DNA of 64,000 nucleotides from Planctomycetota bacterium (GCA_016213895.1 JACQZJ010000099.1:12481-76480); one strand, 5' to 3'; counted from the first letter of the stretch, positions 20,153 to 30,240 are shown. Made by a program: numbers and translations. The notes: a model not told the origin generated them from the sequence alone.

Positions 20153-20176
20153 GGGCAGGAAGGCGAGGAGCACGTC

Positions 20177-21436
20177 ATGAGCGGCACCTGTGGCGGAGAG
20201 AAGCCGCACGGCGATCCGGCCGATCCGTGCCGGCCCCCCTCCCCGTGCGGGGCGGCCTCCGCGCCGCCTCTCTGCGGTTCGGGCGGCGACGTCGCCTCCG
20301 GGCCGCGGGCGCGCTTCGCCCGCATGATCGAGAACGCCATCGCCTTCGCCAAGGAGGCCAAGGCCGCGGGCCGGCCGGTCGTGGGCATCATGTGCGAGTT
20401 CACGCCGCGCGAGATCATCATGGCCGCCGGCGCCGTGCCGGTCTGCCTGTGCGGCGGCTCGGCCGAGATGGCGCTCGCCGCCGAGGAGGAGCTGCCGGCC
20501 AACCTCTGCCCGCTCATCAAGTCCACGTACGGCTACCACGCCACGCGTTCGAACCCCCTGCTCGAGCTGGCCGACCTGGTGGTGGCGGAAACCACGTGCG
20601 ACGGCAAGAAGAAGATGTACGAGGTGATGGGGCGCACGCGCCCCATGCTCGTGCTGGAGCTGCCGCAGAAGCCCCTCGAGGAGGACGCCTTCCTGCACTG
20701 GCGCGCCGAGCTCATGCGGCTCTGCCGCGAGCTGGAGGCGCGCTTCCACGCGGCGATCACGGACGAGGCTCTGCGGGACGCGGTGCGCCGCATGAACCGG
20801 GAACGGGACCTGAGGAGGCGCCTCGCGCGCCTCCTGGCCGCGGAGCGCCCGCTCTTGAGCGGCAGGCAGATCCTCGATCTGAAGAGCCTCATCTCCTGCG
20901 TGCCGTGCGACCTGCTGGCGTACGAGCAGATCCTGCAGGAGTGCTCCGGCCGCCAGGCGCCCCAGGGCGCGGCGCGGCGGCCGCGCGTGCTGCTCACGGG
21001 CGTGCCGCACGTGCACGGCGCCGAGCGCGTCGTCGACCTCATCGAGCGCGCCGGCGGGCTCGTGGTCTGCCAGGAGAACTGCACCGGCCTGAAGCCGTTG
21101 CTCGAGGACGTGGCCGAGGACGCCGCCGACCCGCTGGACGCCATCGCCCAGAAGTACTTCCACCTGCCCTGCTCGGTGATGACCAGGAACACGCGGCGCT
21201 TCGATTCGCTGCGCGAGCTGGCGCGCGAGTTCTCGGTCGACTGCGTGATCGAGGTGGTGTGGCAGGCGTGCCTCACCTACGACGTCGAGGCGGTGCTCAT
21301 CAAGGAGTTCGTGGAGCGGGAGCTGCGCCTGCCCTACCTGAAGATCGTGACGGACTACAGTCCTTCCGACAGCGCCCGCATCACGGTGCGCGTCGAGGCC
21401 CTGTTCGAGACGCTGGCCGCGCGCGCGCGCCTTTGA
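20177..21436 (+). CDS. Double-cubane cluster protein (DCCP)-like member of the 2-hydroxyacyl-CoA dehydratase family
   Basis: GIMCEF.P, LCGG, NLCPLIKS, ETTCDGKKK, ENCTG, PCS and ACLTYDVE cysteine pattern. Confidence 0.8.
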   Translation: MSGTCGGEKPHGDPADPCRPPSPCGAASAPPLCGSGGDVASGPRARFARMIENAIAFAKEAKAAGRPVVGIMCEFTPREIIMAAGAVPVCLCGGSAEMALAAEEELPANLCPLIKSTYGYHATRSNPLLELADLVVAETTCDGKKKMYEVMGRTRPMLVLELPQKPLEEDAFLHWRAELMRLCRELEARFHAAITDEALRDAVRRMNRERDLRRRLARLLAAERPLLSGRQILDLKSLISCVPCDLLAYEQILQECSGRQAPQGAARRPRVLLTGVPHVHGAERVVDLIERAGGLVVCQENCTGLKPLLEDVAEDAADPLDAIAQKYFHLPCSVMTRNTRRFDSLRELAREFSVDCVIEVVWQACLTYDVEAVLIKEFVERELRLPYLKIVTDYSPSDSARITVRVEALFETLAARARL

Positions 21437-21437
21437 C

Positions 21438-22424
21438 GTGGACCTCCCCGAGTTCGCCTGCTTCTCGCCGTTCATTCCCGCGGAGTGGGGCGCGGCGCAC
21501 GGCGTACGCCTCACGCGCCTGGCGCGGCCGCCCGCCGCCGCGCAGCGCGCGCCCCGCGAGGGGCGCTGCACCTACGCGGTGAGCGCCCTCGAGTTGGCTC
21601 AGGGCTTCCTCGCCGCGGGCGGCGCGGGCGCCGTCTTCACCACGTCGTGCGATCAGATGCGCCGCAGCGCGGAGCTGCTCGCGCCCGCGGAGCGCGTCTT
21701 CCTCTTCAACCTGCCGCACACCTGGGAGACGCCTCTGCCGCACCGCCTGTTCCGCCAGGAGCTCCTGCGCCTCTCCGGCTTCCTGTGCCGCGCCGGCGGG
21801 CGCGCCTTCGCGGAGGAGGATCTGGCCGCGGCCATGCGCCGCTTCGACGGCGCGCGGCGCGAGCTGCTCGCGCGCCGGGAGACGTCGCGCGCCGCGACTT
21901 TCGCGCGCCTGCTGCTCGCCTTCCACGAGCGCGCGGATGGTTCTCTGCCCGAAACCGCAGCGCAGGAGGCCCGGCCGGCGCGCGGGCCCGGCGTCGCGGT
22001 GCTGGGCGGCCCGTTGCTCGAGCGCGACCTCTGGCTGCTCGATCTGATCGAGGAGAGCGGCGGCCGCGTGGTGTTGAACGCCACGGACACGGGCGAGCGC
22101 ACCCTGCCGCGTTTCTTCGAGCGCAGCCGCCTCGTCGCCGATCCGCTGGGCGAGCTGGCGGACGCCTACTTCGGGCACATCCCCGACGTGTTTCGGCGGC
22201 CGAACAGCGAGCTGTTCCGCTACCTGGAGCGCGAACTCAGCGCGCGCGCGGCGCAGGGCGCGGTGCTGGTCATGCCCGTGTGGTGCGACTTCTGGCGCGC
22301 CGAGGCGGAGCGCCTGCGCGGCTGGCTGCCCTGTCCGCTCGCGGCCATCGACCTGGCGGACGACGCCAACGGACGGCAGCGGGCGCGCACGCGCATCCAG
22401 GCGCTGCTGGAGACCATCTCGTGA
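21438..22424 (+). CDS. HgdB/BcrC-like 2-hydroxyacyl-CoA dehydratase family subunit
   Basis: GRCTY, TSCDQMRR and WCDFW cysteines; C-terminal RTRIQALLE. Confidence 0.75.
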   Translation: MDLPEFACFSPFIPAEWGAAHGVRLTRLARPPAAAQRAPREGRCTYAVSALELAQGFLAAGGAGAVFTTSCDQMRRSAELLAPAERVFLFNLPHTWETPLPHRLFRQELLRLSGFLCRAGGRAFAEEDLAAAMRRFDGARRELLARRETSRAATFARLLLAFHERADGSLPETAAQEARPARGPGVAVLGGPLLERDLWLLDLIEESGGRVVLNATDTGERTLPRFFERSRLVADPLGELADAYFGHIPDVFRRPNSELFRYLERELSARAAQGAVLVMPVWCDFWRAEAERLRGWLPCPLAAIDLADDANGRQRARTRIQALLETIS

Positions 22425-23812
22425 TCTCGCCCTTTCCGCCGCAGTGCATCGGCGTGGCGGACTGGGATCTGCTGCGCGAACGCCTGCTCGGCCTGGGGCT
22501 CGTGGAGCCCTGGTACGGTGGGCCGCTCGGGCGCCACGTGGAGCAGGGCGACAGCCGCTTGCTCAGGCTCTCCTTCGACAACTCGCCGGCCGCGCTGCGC
22601 CTCTGGAACTTCCTGCTGAGCGAGGAGGAGCGGCTGTTCGCCGCGCGCGCGCAGGGGTATCGCATCGTCGGCACGATGAAGGACTTAGGGATCGTGCCGC
22701 TGCTTGCCTATGCGCTGCCGAAGGCGCTTGCCTTCTACCCGGACGGCGCCTGGTGGATTCCGTGCGTGATGGAGCTGTCCGCGGGCCTCTTGCGCTTCGC
22801 CGACGAGATCGGGCTGGACGAGTCGTTCTGCCCGGTGCGCGCCATGGTCGGCGCCTTCCTCGGCGAGGGGCACTTCCCGCGCCCCGACCTGGTTACGTGC
22901 AGCGTGGGCGCGACCTGCGACGACTTCTCCGCCATTGCGCAGCGGTTGAACGGCTTCGGCGTGCCCATTCTCTGGTGGGAGATGCCGCACGTGCGCGCGC
23001 CCGACCCGGGCGAGGAGGAGGCGCGGCTTCCCTCGGGCCAGACCGTGCCGGCCGCGCTCGTGCGCCAGGTGGAGGCGGAGTTCGCGCGCATCGCACGCCA
23101 CGTCGAGGAGGTGTGCGGCGAGGCGCTCACCGGCGAGCGCCTGGCCGCGGCCATCGAGCGGGCCAACGGCATCCGCGCGCAGCTCGAGGAGCTGCGCAGC
23201 GCCGTGTTTTTCGCGCCGCGGGCGCCGCTCCCTGCCCTCGAAGTGCTCATCGCCGAGATGCTCGCGATCCACTACTGCAGCGATCGCGACGAGACCGAGG
23301 CGGTGCTGGCCGATCTGCTTGCCGAGACGCGCCGCCGCGTGGCGTCAGGCCTCGGCTACGGCGACGGTTTCGAGGTGCGCGTCTTCTGGGTCAACCCGGT
23401 CGCCGATCTGACGGCGATGAACCTGCTCGAGAGCTGCGGCGGGCGCCTCTGCGGCACGGACTTCATGTTCTGCCACGCGCTCGACCCCATCCCCGTCGAT
23501 CGGCCGCCGCTCACCGCCCTGGCGCTCATGGCGCTCTCTGACCCGCTGGCGGGGACGGCGGCGGAGCGCGCGCGTCGCGTCGCCGCCGGCGCGCGCCGGT
23601 TCCGCGCCGAGGCCGTGCTCGTGTCCCGCATCCCGGGCGCGAGCCACTGCGCCTATGAGGGCGAGTTCATCGCCGAGCGCCTGCGCAGCGACCTGGGCAT
23701 TCCGGTGGCGGAGATAGAGGTGCCGCCTCTCAGCGACAGCGTGCGGCCGATCCTGCGCACGCGCATCGAGGCCGTGCTCGAGGCCGCGAGGAAACGACGG
23801 AGCGGAAGATGA
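22421..23812 (+). CDS. HgdA/BcrB-like 2-hydroxyacyl-CoA dehydratase family subunit
   Basis: GTG start overlapping the previous stop; FCPVRA, FPRPDL, ATCDD, SHCAYE and LRTRIEAVLE motifs. Confidence 0.75.
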   Translation: MISPFPPQCIGVADWDLLRERLLGLGLVEPWYGGPLGRHVEQGDSRLLRLSFDNSPAALRLWNFLLSEEERLFAARAQGYRIVGTMKDLGIVPLLAYALPKALAFYPDGAWWIPCVMELSAGLLRFADEIGLDESFCPVRAMVGAFLGEGHFPRPDLVTCSVGATCDDFSAIAQRLNGFGVPILWWEMPHVRAPDPGEEEARLPSGQTVPAALVRQVEAEFARIARHVEEVCGEALTGERLAAAIERANGIRAQLEELRSAVFFAPRAPLPALEVLIAEMLAIHYCSDRDETEAVLADLLAETRRRVASGLGYGDGFEVRVFWVNPVADLTAMNLLESCGGRLCGTDFMFCHALDPIPVDRPPLTALALMALSDPLAGTAAERARRVAAGARRFRAEAVLVSRIPGASHCAYEGEFIAERLRSDLGIPVAEIEVPPLSDSVRPILRTRIEAVLEAARKRRSGR

Positions 23813-24579
23813 TCGTCGCGGGCATCGACGGAGGGTCGCGCACCATCAAGGCTGCGCTCTTTGATACGAGCGCGGGCGAGGTGATCGGGACGGCGCTGCG
23901 CGACCAGGGCATCGATCAGAATCGCCTGGCGGAGGAGCTGCTCGACCAGACGCTCGCGCGGTGCGGCGTGCCGCGCGCGGATGTCACGGCGGTGCTCGCC
24001 ACCGGCTACGCGCGCCACCTCATGAACTTCGCCGGCCGCAAGGTGACCGAGATCACCTGCCAGGCGCGCGGTGTCTCCCACCTCTGTCCCGGGGCGCGCA
24101 GCGTCATCGAAATCGGCGGCCAGGACAGCAAGCTGGTCCGCCTCGAGGTGAACGGGACCGTGGACGACTTCGCCATGAACGACCGCTGCGCCGCGGGCAC
24201 CGGCCGCTTCCTGGAGATGATGGCCGGCCGGCTGGAGACGTCTCTCGCCGGGCTCGACCGCCTGGTGCGGCAAAGCCGCGAGCCGGCGGTGATCAGCAGC
24301 ATGTGCGTGGTCTTCGCCGAGACGGAGATCACTGGCCTGTTGTCGTGCGGCGTGGCGCCCGCGGAGATCGTGGTCGGCGTGGAGCGGGCCGTGGCGGAGC
24401 GCGTGGTGACCATGGCCGGGCGGAGGCTCATTGACCCGGTGGTCTTTACCGGGGGAGTCGCTTTGATTCCTGGCATGAGGGAGGCGCTGGAGCGCGCTCT
24501 GGAGCGGAGCGTGATGCTCTGTCCGATGGCGCAGCATAGTGGAGCGATAGGAGCAGCGTTGATTGCCGCGGAACAATAG
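23809..24579 (+). CDS. ATP-dependent [4Fe-4S] activase (HgdC/BadF-G/DCCP-R family)
   Basis: GIDGGSRTIK, TGYAR, IGGQDSK, MNDRCAAGTGRFLE and SMCVVFAE motifs. Confidence 0.92.
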   Translation: MIVAGIDGGSRTIKAALFDTSAGEVIGTALRDQGIDQNRLAEELLDQTLARCGVPRADVTAVLATGYARHLMNFAGRKVTEITCQARGVSHLCPGARSVIEIGGQDSKLVRLEVNGTVDDFAMNDRCAAGTGRFLEMMAGRLETSLAGLDRLVRQSREPAVISSMCVVFAETEITGLLSCGVAPAEIVVGVERAVAERVVTMAGRRLIDPVVFTGGVALIPGMREALERALERSVMLCPMAQHSGAIGAALIAAEQ

Positions 24580-24596
24580 AGGGAGGAGGGGGATGG

Positions 24597-24905
24597 GAGG
24601 AAGGAGGAGCGGAGCGGCTGTTCCCCGGGAATCGGGGGCGGATGCGCGACTTCCGGTGCATCGAGTGCGCGAGGAACGAGGTGTGGCTCGTCGAGATAGA
24701 GGCGACGCCGGCGGTTCGGTGCGGTGAAGATACGGGCGGTGGGCGTGGCACGGCGTCGCGGCCGCCCCCTCTTCCAGGGAAGCAGCCGCTCCGCTCCCGG
24801 GCTGCCTCGATTCTCACGGTCAAAGCGGCGCTGCTTGGGGACAGAAGAGGCAGGAGGGCTTGCGCGGACGAGAGTCCGCGCAAGCCACTCATGCACGCGC
24901 CGAGG
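24597..24905 (-). repeat. Long intergenic repeat family A, locus 2 (diverged)
   Basis: gatgcgcgacttccggtgcatcgagtgcgcgaggaacgag is the reverse complement of the family core; flanking blocks are degenerate. Confidence 0.65.
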
Positions 24906-25014
24906 ACGGCGCCGGAGAGGGCGCGGCAGCCGGCGGGTTGAAGGAATCCTGGCGCACCCGGCCGGGCTGGGCTACCCATTACCCCTCGAGCCGCTCTTGC
25001 CCCAAAGGTGAATC

Positions 25015-25740
25015 ATGCTGCTACGCTTCATCTCGACTTCGCTCCTCGTGCTCGTCGTCTCGACGGCGAACGCTCCGGCCGCCACGCACAACGTCGGCCT
25101 GTCGGGACTCAACTTCGTTCCCAAGGACATCACCGTGGCCGAAGGGGATACGGTCGTCTGGACCCATTCGGGGGCCATGAGCCACACGGTGACCGAGGAC
25201 CTGGGGGCGTTCAATCAGCCCCTGAACTCGGCGAACCCGACGGTGACGGTGGTCTTCAGCACGGCGTTCTTGGCCGCAAACCCGCGCGTGAACAACCGCT
25301 ACGACTACCACTGCATCCCGCATCAGTCGTTCGGCATGGTCGGGTCGGTGACGGTGACGGTGGCGAGCGCCTGGACGGACATCGGCTTCGGGCTCGCCGG
25401 CTCGAGCGGGGTTCCGCAGCTCGCCGGCACCGGCACGCTCCAACCTTCGACCTCGGGGTCGCTCGACCTCACCAACGGCGCCGGCGGCGCGTTCGCCATC
25501 CTCTTCGTCACCGTCGGACCGAACACGCCGACGCCATTCTATGGCGGGGTGCTCGCCACCGTGCCCGTTTCGCTGCAGTTGCCTCTGACGCTGCCGGCCT
25601 CCGGGAACCTGCCCCTGCCGTTCGTGATGCCCGCGGGCGTCCCGCCGGGCCTCAAGCTGACCTGCCAGTGGGGCATCCAGGACGCCGGCGCGGTGCAGGG
25701 AGTTGCCCTCTCGAACGCGGTGCAGGCCACCACGCCTTGA
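25015..25740 (+). CDS. Secreted cupredoxin (plastocyanin/azurin-like) with C-terminal beta-rich domain
   Basis: Signal peptide; FVPKDITVAEGDTVVW, HTVT and YDYHCIPHQSFGM type-1 copper ligands. Confidence 0.85.
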   Translation: MLLRFISTSLLVLVVSTANAPAATHNVGLSGLNFVPKDITVAEGDTVVWTHSGAMSHTVTEDLGAFNQPLNSANPTVTVVFSTAFLAANPRVNNRYDYHCIPHQSFGMVGSVTVTVASAWTDIGFGLAGSSGVPQLAGTGTLQPSTSGSLDLTNGAGGAFAILFVTVGPNTPTPFYGGVLATVPVSLQLPLTLPASGNLPLPFVMPAGVPPGLKLTCQWGIQDAGAVQGVALSNAVQATTP

Positions 25741-25956
25741 TCGGCGCCGGAGCGACCTCGAGTCGCCCGGTCGCCAAGAGGACAGCCGGTCCGCGCGGCG
25801 GCGCCTTCTTGCGGCAGACCGTCGTCGTGGCCGGGAATGGTGCTATTGGTCCGTCGGCCCGCGTCCGACCGCCATCGTTCGCTCGATGCCGACATCGCGG
25901 CGCCGCCGCGATGTGCTGAGGTTCTCGCGGCGCGGTCTGGCGAGACCCGAGGCGCG

Positions 25957-27000
25957 TCAGAACTGCGGGTCGAGGAGCGTCATCACGGTCAGCGGTCCGA
26001 CGATGCCCGTGCCCTGCGGCGTGATGTAGCCCACCTGGAAGGGGACATCGAAGGCGGCCACGCCGATCGAGGGAATGTCGTTGAAGGCGACCGGGATGGA
26101 CAGCCCCGGGGCAGGCAGCGTTCCCAGGAGGAAGACGCCGCTGAACGGCGCGTCCAGGAGGAGGGTTCCGGTCACGCCGGGGAAATGCAGGAAGCCGGGG
26201 TGGAGCGACAGCAGCAGAAGGACGTAGTCCCCCTGCTCGCAGTCGATGCGGATCTGGCCCTGCTCGCCGCGACGCAGAGGCGAGCTGCCGGTGAGGTCGC
26301 GCAAGCCGATGTTGGTCGCGTCGTAGGCGAGGATGGTGCTGCCGGTCTGCTGGATCGGGGGGGCGTCCGGGCAACCCAGGTGGCCATGTCCGCCCGTGAC
26401 CGTGCAGTGGTAGAGCGCCACCGTCGCCCCGCCCGCGATGAGGCCGGGCGCCGGGTCGGTGCAGATGTTGTACCAGGGGCCCGTGGCCCATCCTCCGTCT
26501 GCGCCGGCGATGGTCGCGTGCACGAAGGAGACCTTGGAACAGGAGGAGATGAGGAGGCCGGGGATGGCGTCTGCGCCGTAGCCCCACTCGCCGTCGGCCC
26601 AGCCGGGCTTGCCGAAGGTGGCGCAGTCCTCGAAGCGCACGCTGCCCTGGCAGTCGCTGAGCTTGAACGAGCCCTCGATCCCCCGGATGGTGACCGCCCT
26701 GGTCGAGTTCAGGTTCTTGATCTCGTTGTACACCCAGGGGAGCAGGATGTCCTGGTGGTACGTCTCGACGTAAGCGTTCTTCTCGGCGACGAGGGTCAGG
26801 GACTTGTCGTTGATCGTGAACGGCCCGTAGAGGTAGTTCGGCGGCAGGTGCTTGATCAGGATCGTGTCGCCGTCCTGCGCCGCGTTCACCGCGGGCTGGA
26901 TCTGGGTGTAGTCGCCTCCGCCCTGAACGTCTACGACGATCACGGCGGCGGAGGCGGTTCCGGCCAGGAAGAATGCGAGCGCGAGCGGGAGGGTCTTCAT
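25957..27000 (-). CDS. Secreted protein with pectin-lyase-like N-terminus
   Basis: Signal peptide; GDYTQIQPAVNAAQDGDTILI beta-helix cap motif. Confidence 0.7.
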   Translation of the reverse strand: MKTLPLALAFFLAGTASAAVIVVDVQGGGDYTQIQPAVNAAQDGDTILIKHLPPNYLYGPFTINDKSLTLVAEKNAYVETYHQDILLPWVYNEIKNLNSTRAVTIRGIEGSFKLSDCQGSVRFEDCATFGKPGWADGEWGYGADAIPGLLISSCSKVSFVHATIAGADGGWATGPWYNICTDPAPGLIAGGATVALYHCTVTGGHGHLGCPDAPPIQQTGSTILAYDATNIGLRDLTGSSPLRRGEQGQIRIDCEQGDYVLLLLSLHPGFLHFPGVTGTLLLDAPFSGVFLLGTLPAPGLSIPVAFNDIPSIGVAAFDVPFQVGYITPQGTGIVGPLTVMTLLDPQF

Positions 27001-27114
27001 GGCTTCTGTTCCTTCTTGGACCTTCCGTCCCAGGGACGGTCACTACCCCCGGTCCGGCGGGCGCCGCCCGCCGCGACCGCTGGTCAGGATTCTAGCAACG
27101 CCGGACTCACCGCG

Positions 27115-28788
27115 CTACGGCATGATCTCCACTGGGTGGGCGTTCGTGGCGTAGTCGAGCGGCCAGTCCAGGACAGCCGCGAAGTGCATCTGCACGCCGA
27201 CCGCCGCGGGGCTGATCGGCCCGAGCGAGTCGAGCGTGGCCGTGGCGCGCCCCTGGGCGTCCAGCAGGCCGAAGAAGCTGGCGAACACCGGCGTGTTGGC
27301 GAAGATCAGCGTCAGGTTCATGAACGCGTCGTAGTTGAGCGGCAGGACCGTGGAGCCGAGCGGCGTGCCGGGCGAGGTGCCGCTCATGGATCCGAGGAGG
27401 TAGTACGGCCTGCCGGCATTCGCGCTGCCGGCGTCCAGCTCGAAGGCGACCTGGCCGCCGCCGGCTGCGGGCAGCACGGGCAGCGCGGCGTGCAGCGGCA
27501 GCCGTGCTCCCGAGAACACGAACGCCGAGCCGGTGCTGATGGCGCCGCCCGCCGTGGAACCCGGCGCGCCCGCGACGAAGTCCGGGCGGCCGTCGCCGTT
27601 GGCGTCGCCGGCCGCGGCAAGCGCCGAGCCGAGCAGATCGACCGCGGTCATGCCCTCGCACTGGTAGAGCGGCGCGTACGTCGCTCCGGAGAACACGTGG
27701 ACCATGCCGGCGTTCAGGCGGCCGCCCGGAGCGGCGCGCGGCTCGCCCACGGCGAAGTCCTTCATGCCGTCGCCGTCGACGTCGCCTGGGCAGCCGACCG
27801 AGGCGCCGAACTCGGCATAGGCTGCGTTGCCGAGGAGCGTGGCCAGGACCGCGCCGCTCGCGCCGGAGAGGATGTAGGCGGCCCCGGCATCCGTGGCAGA
27901 CCCGTTGTCCACCCCCGGCGCGCCCGTCAGGATGTCGTCCTTCCCGTCGCCGTTGACGTCGCCGATGCTGGCGAGCGCCTCGCCCATCCGGCCCCCGGTC
28001 AGCGTTCCCGAGGCCTTCCAGATCAGCGCGTGGGTCTTGCCGGAGTAGTTGTAGACGTGGCCGCCCACGTCGCGAGGCGCCGCGGTCATGTAGTCCGCGG
28101 TGCCGTCGCCATTGAGGTCGCCGGTCTTGGCCACGACCGACCCGTAGTAGCCGTACTGGTACTCGCCGTAGGTCTGCTTGAGCAGCGCGCAGTTCGCGCC
28201 CGAGTAGACGCGCACGTATCCCGTCATCGTGTTGTAGTGGGTCGCGCCGACGATGAAATCGCGCACGCCGTCGCCGTTCACGTCATCGAGCCCCGAGACC
28301 GAGGCTCCGAAGTGGTTGCCTCAGGACCCGCCCGGGGCGTAGAGCACCCCGCCGGTCAGGCCCGAGAAGACGTAGGCCATGCCGCAGTCGGTTCCGCCGG
28401 TGTCGTAGAGCGGCGCGCCCACGAGCAGCTCGGAACGGCCGTCGCCGTTGAGATCGCCCACGCAGGCCACGGCCGCGCCGAAGCGCGCGTAGGGCTGGGC
28501 GTACGACAGCTGGTGGATGAGCACTCCCGAGGCGCCGGAGTAGACCCGCGCCACCCCGTCGTTGATTCCCGTGACGTCGCGGTAGGGCACGCCCACGATC
28601 ACGTCGGCGACGCCGTCTCCATCCACGTCGAAGCCGCCGCCTACCGCCGCGCCGGCCTGGTCGTTCAGCATGTCGCCGTCGAAGCGCGCCGCGAGAGTCT
28701 GCGCGTGCGCCGGGAGCGCGTACAGCGCCGCGAGCGCGGCGAAGGCCGCCAGTCTTCCCACGGCGGCAAGAGGAGTATTGCAGCGCAT
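27115..28788 (-). CDS. Secreted FG-GAP (integrin alpha-like) repeat protein with in-frame TGA at 28321-28323
   Basis: The 28321..28848 and 27115..28281 ORFs are in one frame joined by ...YAPGGS*GNHFGASVSGLDDVNGDG...; about seven DxNGDG..D..VGAP repeats. Confidence 0.8.
28288..28307 (-). promoter_or_regulatory. SECIS-like hairpin downstream of FG-GAP TGA
   Basis: gagcctcg-gtct-cggggctc 8-bp stem starting 13 nt after TGA, with GGT 20 nt after TGA. Confidence 0.45.
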
Positions 28789-28993
28789 TTCCGTGCTCCT
28801 TGCTCCGCTCCCGGCAGCTTTGCCTTCCGGTCGCGGCTCCGTCTCCATCAGACCTGAGGACGCGCTAGAGGATACCGCGAGGTTGCGGCCCGCGTCAAAC
28901 GCTCGCCGGCGTCACGAGGCGGTCCGGCCCTCTCCGGAGCGGAGATACGGCGCGCCTTCTCTCCTGGTAGCGTAACCGGCCGCGGAGGAGCCG

Positions 28994-29785
28994 ATGCCGT
29001 TTGCCAGCATCCTGTTCGATGTCGATGAGCGCGGGATCGCCCGTATCGTCCTGAACCGGCCCGAGCGCCGCAACGCCATGACGCCCGAGATGGGCGCCGA
29101 GGTGCGCCAGGCGGTGGAGCGCGTCAACACCGACGACGCCGCGCGCGTGGCCGTCATCAGCGGCGCGGGCGGGGCGTTCTGCTCCGGCGCGGACCTCGAG
29201 AGCCTGGCGCGCGAGGCCGGCCTCAGGAAGGACGGCGCCGGCCTGGGCGGAGAGGGCAGCTTCTACCGCTCGTTCCTGTCGATCGCGTCGCTGCGCGTGC
29301 CATCCATCGCCGCGATCAACGGCCACGCCGTTGGCGCCGGGCTGTGCTTCGCGCTCGGTGCCGACCTGCGCGTCATGCATGAACGCGCCAAGGCGGGCAT
29401 GACGTTCGTGCGACTCGGCATCCACCCGGGAATGGGAGGGACGTGGAACCTGCCGCGCCTGGTCGGGCCCGCGGCCGCCGCCGACTTGCTCTACAGCGGG
29501 CGGCTGCTCGGTGCGGCCGAGGCGCTCTCCATCGGACTGGTGAACCGCGTGGCGGGCGATGACTTCGACGAGGTCGTGGGGGAGCTGGCCGCGCAGATCG
29601 CCGCCTGCGCCCCCCTGGCCGTGCGCGCTCTGAAGGAGTCGCTGCGGGACGGCGCGCTGCGCTCGCTCGAGGAGGCGCTCGACGTGGAGGCGCGGGCGCA
29701 GGCCATGACCTTCCGCACGGCGGACGCCGCCGAGGGGCTCGCGGCCCTGCTGGAGAAGCGGCCGCCGCGCTTCCAGGGGCGGTGA
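28994..29785 (+). CDS. Enoyl-CoA hydratase/isomerase family protein
   Basis: LNRPERRNA, FCSGADL, AAINGHAVGAG and GIHPGMGG motifs. Confidence 0.92.
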   Translation: MPFASILFDVDERGIARIVLNRPERRNAMTPEMGAEVRQAVERVNTDDAARVAVISGAGGAFCSGADLESLAREAGLRKDGAGLGGEGSFYRSFLSIASLRVPSIAAINGHAVGAGLCFALGADLRVMHERAKAGMTFVRLGIHPGMGGTWNLPRLVGPAAAADLLYSGRLLGAAEALSIGLVNRVAGDDFDEVVGELAAQIAACAPLAVRALKESLRDGALRSLEEALDVEARAQAMTFRTADAAEGLAALLEKRPPRFQGR

Positions 29786-29786
29786 A

Positions 29787-30240
29787 CGTCGCGGCTGTTT
29801 GGTTGGGAGCCGGAGGGGACGGGAGGGAAGGGGGGGTGAGGAGGAGCGTCGCAGCCGTTTCCCTGGCCTCCGGGGACGGATGCGCGCCTTCCGGTGCATG
29901 GTGTGCGCGACGAACGATGAGCGACTTGCGCGCGGCGGAGGCGATGCGGGCGGATCTGCGCGGCGAAGGCACGGGCGGCGTGAAGGGCGACGCCGGCGCG
30001 GCCGTCCCCTTCACCAGGGAAACGCCGCTCCGCAGCGCCCCGCCTCGATGGCTGCAGTCAAGGCGGGCCTGCTCTGGACAACATACTGAATGAAGGCGGT
30101 CGCGGGCCGGAGCCCGCTCCCGCCCCGGAATGAATGCACCGCGCGAAGACGCGCGGCGCGAGGAGCGTCGCAGCCGCTCCCGGAGCATGCCGTGCGCGAC
30201 GAACGCGGGGCGGTTTGCTTCTGGCGGAGGCGATGCGGCC
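29787..30240 (-). repeat. Long intergenic repeat family A, locus 3
   Basis: Reverse complement of family blocks (cgtcgcggctg end, gcagccgtttccc, ccggtgcat..gtgcgcgacgaac, ccgctcccgccccggaatga). Confidence 0.8.
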
